Of a stretch of DNA of 64,000 nt, positions 56,001 to 64,000 are shown one piece after another (within the stretch, counting starts at the first letter, position 1; each line of letters starts with the position of its first letter). The position numbers and the translations under genes are program-made. The notes under the pieces were generated by a model. The model had not been told where the DNA came from. It saw nothing but the letters and a program-made list of their open reading frames with translations, and searched no databases. This stretch comes from Glycera tridactyla (taxonomy: Eukaryota). The DNA lies in assembly GCA_965644265.1 (NCBI GenBank), contig OZ286465.1, forward strand, positions 8,556,001-8,620,000. Reading direction: 5' to 3'.

Positions 56001-58878
56001 CGCCTTGGTCCATCCAAAAACATGTCCGGATATCAGTATATAGAGCACTAGATATTACAGAACCGATCAAATGATTAACCAAGGGCGTTTCTGTATGCTT
56101 CTGCAATATTTTTCCCCTATGGTGTGCGTGTGATGAAAGGAAAATAAGGTGATACTCTCCTGAAGTATACGAGATGGGATTCCTTTCTAGATTGTGAATG
56201 TGCTTCCATTTCTGAAACGTGATGGTCTGATTTTCGGGAAATGTATCAGGAATTCTGTTTGACCCTTGTGATTGGTGATGATTTTGAATGTAATCTCTCT
56301 TGGTATTCAGTATAGTGCGCATGTTGACTTCCTTTTAGGGCAATTTGGATCTTGTTGAATTTGCTATACTTGGGATTTTCAGGCTTATGGTAGTGATGGT
56401 ATGGAGCTAGGAAGGTACAAATTTGCAAAACGGTCACCTGCATCCCACCTTTCCTCGTTACTTTGGTCACTAGTAGTATCAGCGTGACCTTCTGGCTCTC
56501 AGCCTCTGTTCCATCCCATGGTCCGCGATCATCAAAATTTTATTACCTCGATAAGCTTTCTGTTCACACATAATCCATGTGGTTTCCATGTTCGTTGTCA
56601 CGCACATGAACAATATGCCGAATTCACAAGTCTTTTGGATATTTATGTCGATGATCAGCTCATATGTGACATTCTGACTTCCGATGACTTTGGCTCAGTG
56701 CCAAGCCAGGTTTGAATGCACTCTAATGTAAGTTGTTCATACCTGGAATGACATGTTCTTGATCATCAAAATCATTCAGGAGTGGGGTTTTGAGATCAGC
56801 AAACCTGAGAAACATCACGGTAACGACTTTCATCAAGCTTGGCACCTTGAAATATTCTCCTCAATCCATGTGAAAAACTAGTCATCTTACGTAGGTCAGA
56901 TGATTGTTTTCCATTGTGTGGTACTGCCATATGGGACCTCTCGACAATAGAAGGCATCAACTGATGGTTGTGAAGTGGCGGGATCTTCAAAACATAGTAG
57001 TAGCATGCTCCCTCCTCACTGGAGCATTAGTGATCAGTAGAGAAATGACCACATATTGTATAATGGTCTGCAGTCTCACTTAGCATCTCATAAAACTTGA
57101 ATACTGAGCCAGCACCTTCTCACAAGTTGCACTAGTGTAACTAACTTTAGTATGCGAGATTAACTTTTCAAATAGAAATGGTAAGTCACACGCACATAGA
57201 GGAAACTACATGGTGAACTTAAATCCCTGGAGTATATGGTTCTTATATGAGGCCCCATTCCATTTTATTGTGGATATCACAATATTCTACGTGCCATACA
57301 CATCCAATCACAGCATGTTCCATACAGAATAAACTCAACTAGATGGGAAATGTCTCATTGAATAGACTACTCCCTCCCTATCCATCAGGTTGACTGTGTC
57401 TGTACTATGCTTCCATATCTCACTCAGTATCTTGGTCATGATTCACCTAACCACATGTTTTGCACCAATCAGGGGAGAATAATGAGACTATCATCCGATA
57501 CATTGAAGACATGGAGGAAAATGTCAATCTGCCGCATGCACAGGAGGAAGGCCACATCCCAATGGGACAAGCACACACTGAGGAAACACTACAAGAAACA
57601 GAAGAAGAACCATTTTGGCCAGACTTCACCAGTCTACTGGACTTTGCAAATTCTGCACAAGTGCTAGATTGGTTCCAAGAATACCGTCAGATGAAGGGTC
57701 TTGGCCAATCAGATGAGGACATCAAAAGGTGGTTCCACAGCTTGCGTCGTATATATGGCCCACAAATGGTTGGTTATGCAAAATGTTCAAAGGAGTACAA
57801 CCTTTACACTACTGGAAATCAACAGCTCCCATTTCATGGCACTGACATAAGCTGCCCGGATTCTCCATGCCAGAAGTAAGTATTCACCAGAGCAGTGTGT
57901 GACAGTGAGTCAGAGATCTCCCACCCCCTGTAACATCGATGTAGTTCTGAGAGGGCATTGATTGCTATGCTTTGGTCTGCCAATTATGCATCTTGGACAA
58001 AGTGGTTGATGAATTGTTGGATCGTTCCTAGTCTGGCCTCCTTCGGTGTTGGTTTTCTGTAGGCATCTGTTCGATATTGCCAGATATATTCCACCTGCTG
58101 TTTGTCTGCCCTTTGTCTCTGCATCCTTGGGTGAACTATGGTCACTCTTGTCTTCCTAAAGGGATTTCATGCATGTCTGCCCTTAAGCGTGAATTATTGC
58201 CACAAACCTATTATTATTTCACCATCCATACGAATACAAGGAGAGGGAAGCCACTTATACGGCATTATTTTCATTCACATCGATGAACTTTTTTTTTCCA
58301 TTTGCCACATTCTCTATTATTTTGCTTATAGATGACTTGGCTGCTGTGACATATTTGTTGCCTCATTAGCAGTGCATCATTCTCGTGCCTGTTCGTTTCA
58401 CGTCAGTTCTTCATTTGCACTTATCTACAAACTTGAATGAAGTCAGCATTAATTTCTGCCTACCGTATAGCAGGGAGTACCGATGTACGTGTCCTTCCAG
58501 CTATTGCCACCTTTGTCATTTGTACTTCACAGGCAATGAGAGTTTTACTTCTGCACCTCCTGTTTATGAGCCAGCCGCTGAATCAAATGAGCCCCAGGAT
58601 TACTGGGTCCCGGACTTAGACGTCCTTGCAGAACTTGCTGAAAAAACTGATGATCCTGACCAGTTGCGGCGCTGGCTAAATGAGTGGAGAGAAATGAGCT
58701 CATCTGGGAGTTCGAATGAAGAAATGATCTTATGGTATGAAGATATAAAGAAGCTTTATGGACCACGGGTCGTTGGATATGAGGGATGCATAAGGGAATT
58801 TGCTAGTTTTATCAGTGATCCAACTAGTCCTCCCCAAAATGGTGTCATCGACAAGGGTTGCATATCAGACTGCATTAG
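414..58878 (+). CDS. CACNA2D3: Voltage-dependent calcium channel subunit alpha-2/delta (alpha2delta-3/4-like), multi-exon, partial at both ends
   Basis: Hand-spliced exons give one ORF with hallmark motifs: [131 protein letters not shown]. All introns GT-AG with matching phases. Family is certain; the paralog label is by resemblance only. Confidence 0.95.
1200..3200 (-). mobile_element. Possible highly decayed LINE RT remnant
   Basis: Minus-strand [14 protein letters not shown] near 1490-1530 resembles GV.QG..L.P.LF; remainder unrecognisable, bounds approximate. Confidence 0.25.
5204..5233 (+). CDS. Candidate 30-nt symmetric microexon [10 protein letters not shown]
   Basis: ctatag acceptor after a T-rich tract, gtaagc donor, stop-free in phase 0 inside a phase-0 intron; no homology support. 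Confidence 0.3.
8046..8925. repeat. Minisatellite, 42-bp unit x ~21
   Basis: Unit atggcatggatggctgtcaaacatgctgctgaatgataatat, near-perfect copies. Confidence 0.98.
9611..9635. repeat. (GT)n microsatellite next to an assembly gap
   Basis: Direct reading. Confidence 0.95.
10561..10809 (+). CDS. Candidate cassette exon, 83 aa acidic/Pro-rich (KYLDPHLL...[13 protein letters not shown]), phase 0-0
   Basis: Strong acceptor tatttccttgttattttcag and donor acg/gtaagc; 249 nt, stop-free, same phase as the flanking exons; two N-glycosylation sequons (NIS, NET). Confidence 0.7.
13278..13293 (-). promoter_or_regulatory. CTCF-like motif GCCACTAGATGGCGTC
   Basis: Close match to the CTCF core consensus CCACYAGRKGGCR; motif match only. 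Confidence 0.35.
15862..16743 (+). mobile_element. Non-LTR retrotransposon RT fragment, RTE/RTEX-like, inactivated
   Basis: [26 protein letters not shown] (FADD-type motif altered), [26 protein letters not shown]; in-frame TAA at 16401-16403; bounded by N-gaps on both sides. Confidence 0.9.
20229..20282. repeat. (CA)n microsatellite next to an assembly gap
   Basis: Direct reading. Confidence 0.95.
22655..22711 (+). CDS. CACNA2D3: alpha2delta exon: [19 protein letters not shown]
   Basis: ctttctag / gtgagt; matches the LMTTVAMPVF motif. Confidence 0.93.
23377..23457 (+). CDS. CACNA2D3: alpha2delta exon: [27 protein letters not shown]
   Basis: tttttag / gtaagg; Cache-domain LLGVxGTDVP motif. 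Confidence 0.95.
23903..23977 (+). CDS. CACNA2D3: alpha2delta exon: [25 protein letters not shown]
   Basis: cacacag / gtgagt; highly conserved [13 protein letters not shown] motif. Confidence 0.97.
24472..24546 (+). CDS. CACNA2D3: alpha2delta exon: [25 protein letters not shown]
   Basis: ttttccag / gtgaga; [13 protein letters not shown] motif of the alpha2delta-3/4 group. Confidence 0.93.
25360..26029 (+). mobile_element. Non-autonomous Helitron/HINE-like element with internal ~145-bp tandem repeats
   Basis: GGGT-rich microsatellite (~25376-25410), degenerate ~145-bp units (agggc[t/c]agcc at 25441, 25586, 25731), 10-bp inverted repeat ATGCACTCAG/CTGAGTGCAT (25988-26024) followed directly by CTAG-T; 5' end approximate. 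Confidence 0.55.
27459..28177. repeat. Minisatellite, 55-bp unit x ~13
   Basis: Unit cacactaccatcgtttgcatctcacacctccatatttcgcttcattgacagatgc. Confidence 0.97.
29143..29181 (+). CDS. CACNA2D3: 39-nt symmetric exon [13 protein letters not shown]
   Basis: tgtttacag / gtaagt; phase 0-0, stop-free; not needed for frame and not recognisable in vertebrate paralogs. Confidence 0.65.
29964..30035 (+). CDS. CACNA2D3: alpha2delta exon: [24 protein letters not shown]
   Basis: cctattgcag / gtgggt; matches LR..MI.RET. Confidence 0.92.
30311..31631. repeat. Minisatellite, 35-bp unit x ~38
   Basis: Unit gcagc[t/c]atagtatgctcattgtatgaatgcatcat. Confidence 0.98.
31725..31786 (+). CDS. CACNA2D3: alpha2delta exon: [20 protein letters not shown](S)
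   Basis: tctctcacag / gtatgt; phase 0-2; KRV...YYYT.I.GTPFS motif. Confidence 0.93.
32913..32986 (+). CDS. CACNA2D3: alpha2delta exon: [24 protein letters not shown]
   Basis: ttatccag / gtgagt; phase 2-1. Confidence 0.92.
33530..33572 (+). CDS. CACNA2D3: alpha2delta exon: (K)[13 protein letters not shown](W)
   Basis: tatctccag / gtgagt; phase 1-2; ends LAEW. Confidence 0.88.
34484..34593 (+). CDS. CACNA2D3: alpha2delta exon: [36 protein letters not shown]
   Basis: ttctgcag / gtaagt; phase 2-1; W.YCN motif. Confidence 0.9.
35244..35358 (+). CDS. CACNA2D3: alpha2delta exon: (C)[37 protein letters not shown]
   Basis: ttttgcag / gtaggt; phase 1-2; CD.EL...LLFDA motif. Confidence 0.92.
39950..40850 (+). 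mobile_element. Possible decayed L2/CR1-type RT remnant
   Basis: ASAFNSV (AFD.V-like) followed by [12 protein letters not shown] (YADDT-like) in the expected order. Confidence 0.25.
42786..42866 (+). CDS. CACNA2D3: alpha2delta exon: [26 protein letters not shown](P)
   Basis: ttattccag / gtaagt; phase 2-2; GV..AF.GTR.GL.R-like motif. Confidence 0.9.
43725..43825 (+). CDS. CACNA2D3: alpha2delta exon: [33 protein letters not shown]
   Basis: tttttttccag / gtaagt; phase 2-1; YYRRAVE motif. Confidence 0.93.
43956..44035. repeat. (GA)n microsatellite, ~40 units
   Basis: Direct reading. Confidence 0.97.
45051..45133. repeat. Perfect 39-bp tandem duplication
   Basis: acagagtgatgatcagtcacctctcagaatccacatgga x2. 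Confidence 0.9.
45872..46083 (+). CDS. CACNA2D3: alpha2delta exon: [22 protein letters not shown]...[15 protein letters not shown]...[16 protein letters not shown]
   Basis: ttgttttcag (second in-frame AG 6 nt downstream) / gtaagc; phase 1-0. Confidence 0.92.
46320..46590. repeat. Degenerate (CCA/CAT)n low-complexity tract
   Basis: caccaccaccaccatcaccaccaccaccactactaccacc and decayed flank, intronic. Confidence 0.8.
46655..46717 (+). CDS. CACNA2D3: alpha2delta exon: [21 protein letters not shown]
   Basis: ctttttccag / gtaggt; CYLIDNNGF motif. Confidence 0.96.
47700..47800 (+). CDS. CACNA2D3: alpha2delta exon: [33 protein letters not shown](R)
   Basis: ttcatttag / gtgagt; phase 0-2; G.FFG.ID..LM..L motif. 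Confidence 0.93.
48224..48302 (+). CDS. CACNA2D3: alpha2delta exon: [26 protein letters not shown]
   Basis: tttttccag / gtaagt; phase 2-0; YDYQ.MC motif. Confidence 0.94.
48873..48925 (+). CDS. CACNA2D3: alpha2delta exon: [17 protein letters not shown](L)
   Basis: tctattgcag / gtgagt; phase 0-2; corresponds to P...FL...KW...EL.L. Confidence 0.88.
49611..49669 (+). CDS. CACNA2D3: alpha2delta exon: [19 protein letters not shown](G), end of alpha2
   Basis: cgcttgccag / gtatgt; phase 2-1; matches the alpha2delta-3-type FLVEFNLCSWW. Confidence 0.92.
52150..52900 (-). mobile_element. Decayed non-LTR retrotransposon RT remnant
   Basis: Minus-strand YAVILETKL and [21 protein letters not shown] resemble RT motifs (IL..RL; GVRQGCPLSP.LFN); many stops and frameshifts. 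Confidence 0.45.
54650..56500 (-). mobile_element. Decayed RTE-like RT remnant interrupted by the 90-bp minisatellite
   Basis: Collinear minus-strand fragments: [14 protein letters not shown]...[26 protein letters not shown]...QGRL, in the order expected for RTE RT. Confidence 0.4.
55375..55923. repeat. Minisatellite, 90-bp unit x ~6
   Basis: Unit start recurs every 90 nt (55375, 55465, ... 55915); 30-aa periodicity in the minus-strand ORF. Confidence 0.97.
57473..57875 (+). CDS. CACNA2D3: alpha2/delta junction exon, variant A (GENNETII...FWPDF...[15 protein letters not shown]...[10 protein letters not shown]), phase 1-2
   Basis: caatcag acceptor, gtaagt donor, 403 nt stop-free; 3' part has the C-x2-E-[YF]...C..C-x-[KR] pattern of the delta N-terminal exon. 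Confidence 0.85.
58533..58878 (+). CDS. CACNA2D3: alpha2/delta junction exon, variant B (GNESFTS...YWVPD...[15 protein letters not shown]...KGCISDCIR), phase 1-2
   Basis: tacttcacag acceptor, gttagt donor, 346 nt stop-free; paralogous to variant A (16/43 identities, ungapped core). Confidence 0.85.
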
Positions 58879-60199
58879 GTTAGTATATATATATGGATGT
58901 ATACATATATACTTGGTGTTAACCGAAAATATATTGGTTTTCATAACAAGAAGGGTGTTCTTATTCAGTGTGATTTGTAGAATATGTCCATGTCAGCCTA
59001 CAATGGAACATTGCATGAAGTTCCTTGAATGCCCACTAAGTCACATTGTCCTATTTCCCTGGTGGTATCCCTCTAGAGGCAGTAATCTCCCTGATATGAC
59101 TGAATCAAGTGATTCATTGAAGATCGGATCAAATTTTTTGAAAGGCCTTTTCCAGGAATAGAGTTGTCAATGTCGCCTCTGGTGCATATCACTGACCATG
59201 AAAGACCAGTATTTTAATCTAATCTCTGATTCTTTTATGCTTACACATATGACTCTTTCTATCGAGCTTGGTCTTGCAGTCATCTTCATCATTGCAATTA
59301 CTCTGCTACACTTTTCGTACTATGCAGAGGTGCAGTGAGTCTAGCTGGAATTTATTCTGGATATTCATTCAGAATTTATTAGATCGTTAGATTGTTGCAG
59401 TACAAGTTTGTATACCTCGACTAACCTGTATGGAAACAACCAGGTACCCGCCCAGAATTTCTCGTCATTGCAATTCAAGGGCTAGAATCAATTACTCAGA
59501 TATTAGTGATGACAATGTCAATTCAATGGATGCATCATCAGATGATGTATGCAATGGTCAGTTCAGCAATCAGCAATCCAACTTCACGACTCGGACTTCG
59601 TCTTTGTTTTAATGCATGAAAGAGGTTCCTATGCAGTATCTATGGGACGTTTACACATATGCGGTTGTGAGAGGAGCCTGGGTGGCGGTTGCTAATAATA
59701 TGGAACTGTTCCTGCCAAACATCGAGCTGCTGCAGCTGATAAGCTGCCTCATTAACTCTGCAGCCAGACTCGCTGCCTCAAGGTTCTTGAGAGACTCCAA
59801 ATACTTGTGTCAGTTGTATTAACTGCCTCTCTGCTGCATCAATGCCATCATGTTGCAGCCTCGGCATCTGATCGCTATTGCCCCCAATGCCTAAGAGAAC
59901 TCAGCCAGATTGCAGGCCTATACTGGACTTGCGGCCCAGTCCTGATGCAGTGGTGGTCATTGTGAAACAAGCAATGTCATCGTTGTCATCCTCTTCACTT
60001 CGGTCCTTGTTGCCGCCGCTGCTGTCACCATGATTGTCGTCATAAGAACCGCTACCACCAACACAAGCACCGTCATCTCAAGATGAGTTGCGGTCCATTT
60101 TGCTTGACTCGCCTGATTCGGCAATATAACAGATAGTTGAATACGAATGTGAACATGTTTCTAGATGTAGATGACATGCTGAATGGAGAGGACATGGAC

Positions 60200-60870
60200 A
60201 CTTCAGCTCAGCATCAACTGCCCATTGCCACCTCACAACCATTTCTCAGCGGCACTTGTGGCACCTTGCATGATCTGTGCAGCGACAAGCTCACATCAGC
60301 GTATGTGTAAACGCTCCTGTAATCACTTCCACATATTGAACACTGTGATGATTGATCCAGAATACACAACATATCACAATGAAACTTGAAGAAAACATAT
60401 ATATGCTCGGATAGCATTCTCTGGCAATAGGCTGCTACCTTATCAGCGAGATTGGCCTACTTCTCATCTATCCTCTTTTGATAGTAAAGTTACCTGATAT
60501 TTGATGCAAACCAGAATGAATATACTGTCTATTGAATCACCATTTTGTTCAACATTTTGCCAGATACCCGAGAACTTTGATCAGGCATCAAAGATTATCC
60601 GCATATGCACATCACTTACCTCCAGGATGTGACCACCAAATGAATTTGAAGTGGCATTCATTGAATTTTAATTGTGCATCTTGCTCCTCGCTTGGATATA
60701 GACATATTTTCAAGGATAGACTAGAAATATTATGAATAGTAATTGGCAATATAATCAGTATGAGGTCTCCGAAATGATGGGCCAGTTTTTGAGGTTGGCA
60801 ACCATATGACTTTTCTTCCCCCATGCATGCAGACCATTTTTCGTGAATGCTGTCCTTGATGCTAGATTAA
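60200..60870 (-). mobile_element. Possible decayed L1/Tx1-type RT remnant
   Basis: Minus-strand LKNWPIISETSY resembles LKNWRPISL; frame full of stops. Confidence 0.25.
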
Positions 60871-63800
60871 GCTAGTCCCATTACCTACTCATGTGTCATA
60901 GACCTGTCACATATAGTTGGAATTGCAGTATCTGAACATTCAATATAGGACTGATCCTGACCTCCCACATTCATCTGAAATTTTGACATCATGAACTCAA
61001 TGATGCTCGATGATTTGAAATACTGTCTAAGAATACCCTTGAATCATTGAGCACTTTGGACATATTGCTTGCATTCTATACTGTATTGGCCAGGTTGTGA
61101 GACAACTCCAGATGGTGGACTAAGTTTTGCCCTATTGGATGTATCTTTAGCTGTACCCCTTACTAACCTCCAATTCCGTTGTCATGTTCATATTGGTCCA
61201 CATTTGCATGACCTAATATGACCACGACAATGACATGGGACTATGGAGAAAAGTACCAGACTTGGGTGAGAACCTATATGCCTTGAAAAACAAAGCATTT
61301 CGGCAAGGACAACAAGCAGGTTCTCACCCAGGATATGGACCGTCTAGTCTGCAGAAATCGTCACAACAAATAATCTGTCATGTCAGCAGAACGTCTTGTA
61401 AGCTGCTCCTTCTGGTATGAGTCTTTCCCTTACCCCAATTTTTGTCTGTGGACTGTGGATGCGTAGGCACCAGTGACGTGGTAAGTCTATTGGTCTCACC
61501 CTTGTATGAAGGTGAAAGAACCTCGTCTCGTAGGAGCTTGTTTGTTGGTAAGTTTCACCTTGACTCAACATACTATGGTGTGGTTCATATATTACTGTCA
61601 TATTCCAGAGTAAAATCATCAAGCAATGATATGAAATGTGTCTTGTGTCTATGCCTTGTTTCAGACATTTGATGTCAGTGAACGCCTTGAGGAATGACAT
61701 ATGTTAGAATGTGGGATAACTTTGTCTGCCATTCGCCGCCTTGTATGATCTCTTTGTCATATGTCGCTTTGGCACCATTTGCCAAAGAACTCATCTGTGA
61801 CATAATAGTCGCTAGGCTTCATTCATGCCTATGTCTTCAATATAAGTGGAATGTGCAATATCAAGGCCTTCAACATTATGACAGTCATAGATCAAATGCT
61901 ATCGCACTTGATGTTTTGATGCCTACACACATTTTTAGATACATGCCACAGAAGTTGTGATCACACACTGACACTGCCATCAGGTCATCATACTTTTGGG
62001 TTTCTTCTAATATGGTCATCACATGTTATATCTTTGCCTCCCCTCATATATGTGCCTGTCTACGTCGGCATCGTCTTCTCAGATTGTCACTTGTGTTACC
62101 TTCTTTGCAAAAAGGCATCAGTATTTTCAGGAGTTCCATTGAGCATTACCTTATGGACATTCCCTCCTGCTCATCAGCTTTCTCTCCCTGCTAATACTGT
62201 ATCCCTCCTCATGTAGGTCTGAGAGACAATTGATAACTGTTCTGATGCGCGTCTCTGTCATTAATTGTGGATGCACACTTGCTTTTCTTGTATTTTGTTC
62301 TGGTTCGTTTGTGTTCCTGTCAAATATATGTTTGACTACAGTTTGTAAACTTTTGCGGATCTTTTTGCTTGAGTGTTGTGTGCACCCTTTTGATTACACA
62401 CTTTCAAAATACCGAATCTCCTTTCAAATTGTATTCATTGTTGTTTTCATGAAAGCTTGGCTATGAATATCTATTTTACCGCACTATTCATATTTCTTCT
62501 CCCAATCTGGAATTCCAGATTTATAATGGCTGCAAATGTCAAAAAGAGTGCTGGGAAAAGGTGTGGAAATGATAGATACCCATAACAGTGATGATAACTT
62601 GAATGAACCTTATTTTATGGGATATACATTACATTAGTCATCTGTCTGAATACCACCCCTCTGATTATGTATGTGATATTCACTTGCATATTTGTGAAAA
62701 TGGTCACAAAAGATTACACTGTCACTTTGTTCCAAGATATTGGATACTTTCATCTACACTCCCTGAGCCAATCATTTTGATGAGTGAGAAGTTTCAGTAC
62801 TTATTTTGAACAGATGTCAAGAAAGGTGTAGAAATTAGATCCGTTATCGCTTGTTAAAGAGTGGTGATTCTGTCCAAATCCAAGTCCAAGCAGAATTTAG
62901 TTTCACTGAATGGATCACGATGGTGATAGTGAACTTTGTGGCATCCCATTTGCTGACTCCAGTTTCAAGGGAATGCTGCCTGTTTTTCGATGACCCAGTA
63001 TCATTCTTTAAATGTGTTAAGGTGACAGGCAAATGTGGAAATATGAGACAGGATAAATTGTTCTGATATGAAACACCTAAAAACGTAATTTGGCTCAGCT
63101 CAGATTAACACAGTGTTTTGTTGTATATTTCGTTCTGTCACGCCCCTTTCAGTTAGATAATTTTGACCGGGGGTTTGACTTCAGATTATCTCAGAGGCAT
63201 GTGATATTCATGATTAGTGAAAGAGAGGCAGGAAGGAAATGTAGCCAACAAAGATGATCTGATACAACTTATCCTTCCATAATTTGATTGATTCAACCTT
63301 GATCAAAAGCATTCTCATTCATATCGAGCATGTTATTATCTGGTGATAGCAATAAGGCCTTAGCACAAAAACTATTATGGGTTGATCGTAAATTTAGTGC
63401 AATAATCATGTCTAGCTCGCACTTTTGCTTGAACTTTTTCGGTACAGGAGGAGCCTATTTGTAGAGGCAATATATGTGATATTACTTCCATAACGTCTCC
63501 GTAACTCACCAATATTGGATGTCATCATAAAACATTCAATCAAACGATACGCTTGTCTCTGAAAGCATTTGAATATTGTGATTTTATGTCGTGTAAGTCT
63601 CGTAGTTCCATGGAATTTACATGTATACTGTCTAGCTATGGTGTCTTTCTTTCATGTGCAATGACCATTCAATTGAATTTGACTGGAAATTTTGGGATTA
63701 TTGATACTTGTTAGAGGTATTCTCATCCTCAGTCAAGAAAAGAAATTCATGGCATGCATGCTGTGTTCAGAGAATATGAGTTCACCTAGGAATGTTTGAT

Positions 63801-64000
63801 GGGGGCATGCATTCTGTTGGAATTTCGAATATGCATGGGCATAATTTTGAAATCAAGACAGTTCACTGGACTGAAATTGTTTGCAAATTGGCCCATCATG
63901 GTCACCTACTATTGCAACTGTTTCCAATGGTGAAAAGATTATGATAGTACAACAGTGGGATTGAGAAGCATCAATTCCCCACATTATCCGAGTATGGAAC

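Noticed and set aside
57400-58532. Shared tgtac..cttcca sequence upstream of exons A and B as possible selector sites
   Set aside because: Too short and degenerate; no complementary docking site identified by eye.
58879-59161. Continuation of ORF 58385-59161 beyond exon B
   Set aside because: After CIR there is a gttagt donor and the read-through (LVYIYGCIHIY...) is intron-like; the part before 58533 is likewise intronic.
59820-60120. Acidic Gly/Asp-rich minus-strand reading (DDNHGDSSGGNKDRSEEDDNDD)
   Set aside because: Interrupted by several stops and no recognisable family; probably decayed repeat or low-complexity DNA.
61140-61200. AVPLTNLQF resembling the next delta exon motif
   Set aside because: Nearest AG gives phase 1, not phase 2, and the following C-x-C is missing.

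Overview
Animal (probably invertebrate bilaterian) draft-assembly genomic DNA with eight N-gaps. The whole window lies inside one plus-strand, intron-rich gene for a voltage-gated calcium channel auxiliary subunit alpha-2/delta (CACNA2D family, alpha2delta-3/4-like). Twenty core exons (414-49669), assigned by hand, join with GT-AG boundaries and consistent phases into one open frame, from the end of the VWA domain through the Cache domains to the end of alpha2. The 5' and 3' ends of the gene are outside the window. The main novelty is at the alpha2/delta junction, where the normally short exon is present as two diverged paralogous exons (57473-57875 and 58533-58878). Both are phase 1 to 2 and 3n+1 long, so they look mutually exclusive, and both carry an unexplained acidic leader plus a conserved Trp-rich module. 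A symmetric 83-codon acidic/Pro-rich candidate cassette exon (10561-10809) and short symmetric exons add more lineage-specific inserts. The introns hold an RTE-type retrotransposon fragment, several decayed LINE remnants, a Helitron/HINE-like element, four minisatellites (42, 55, 35 and 90 bp units) and microsatellites. Almost all other ORFs in the supplied track are intronic noise, repeat artefacts or span N-gaps.
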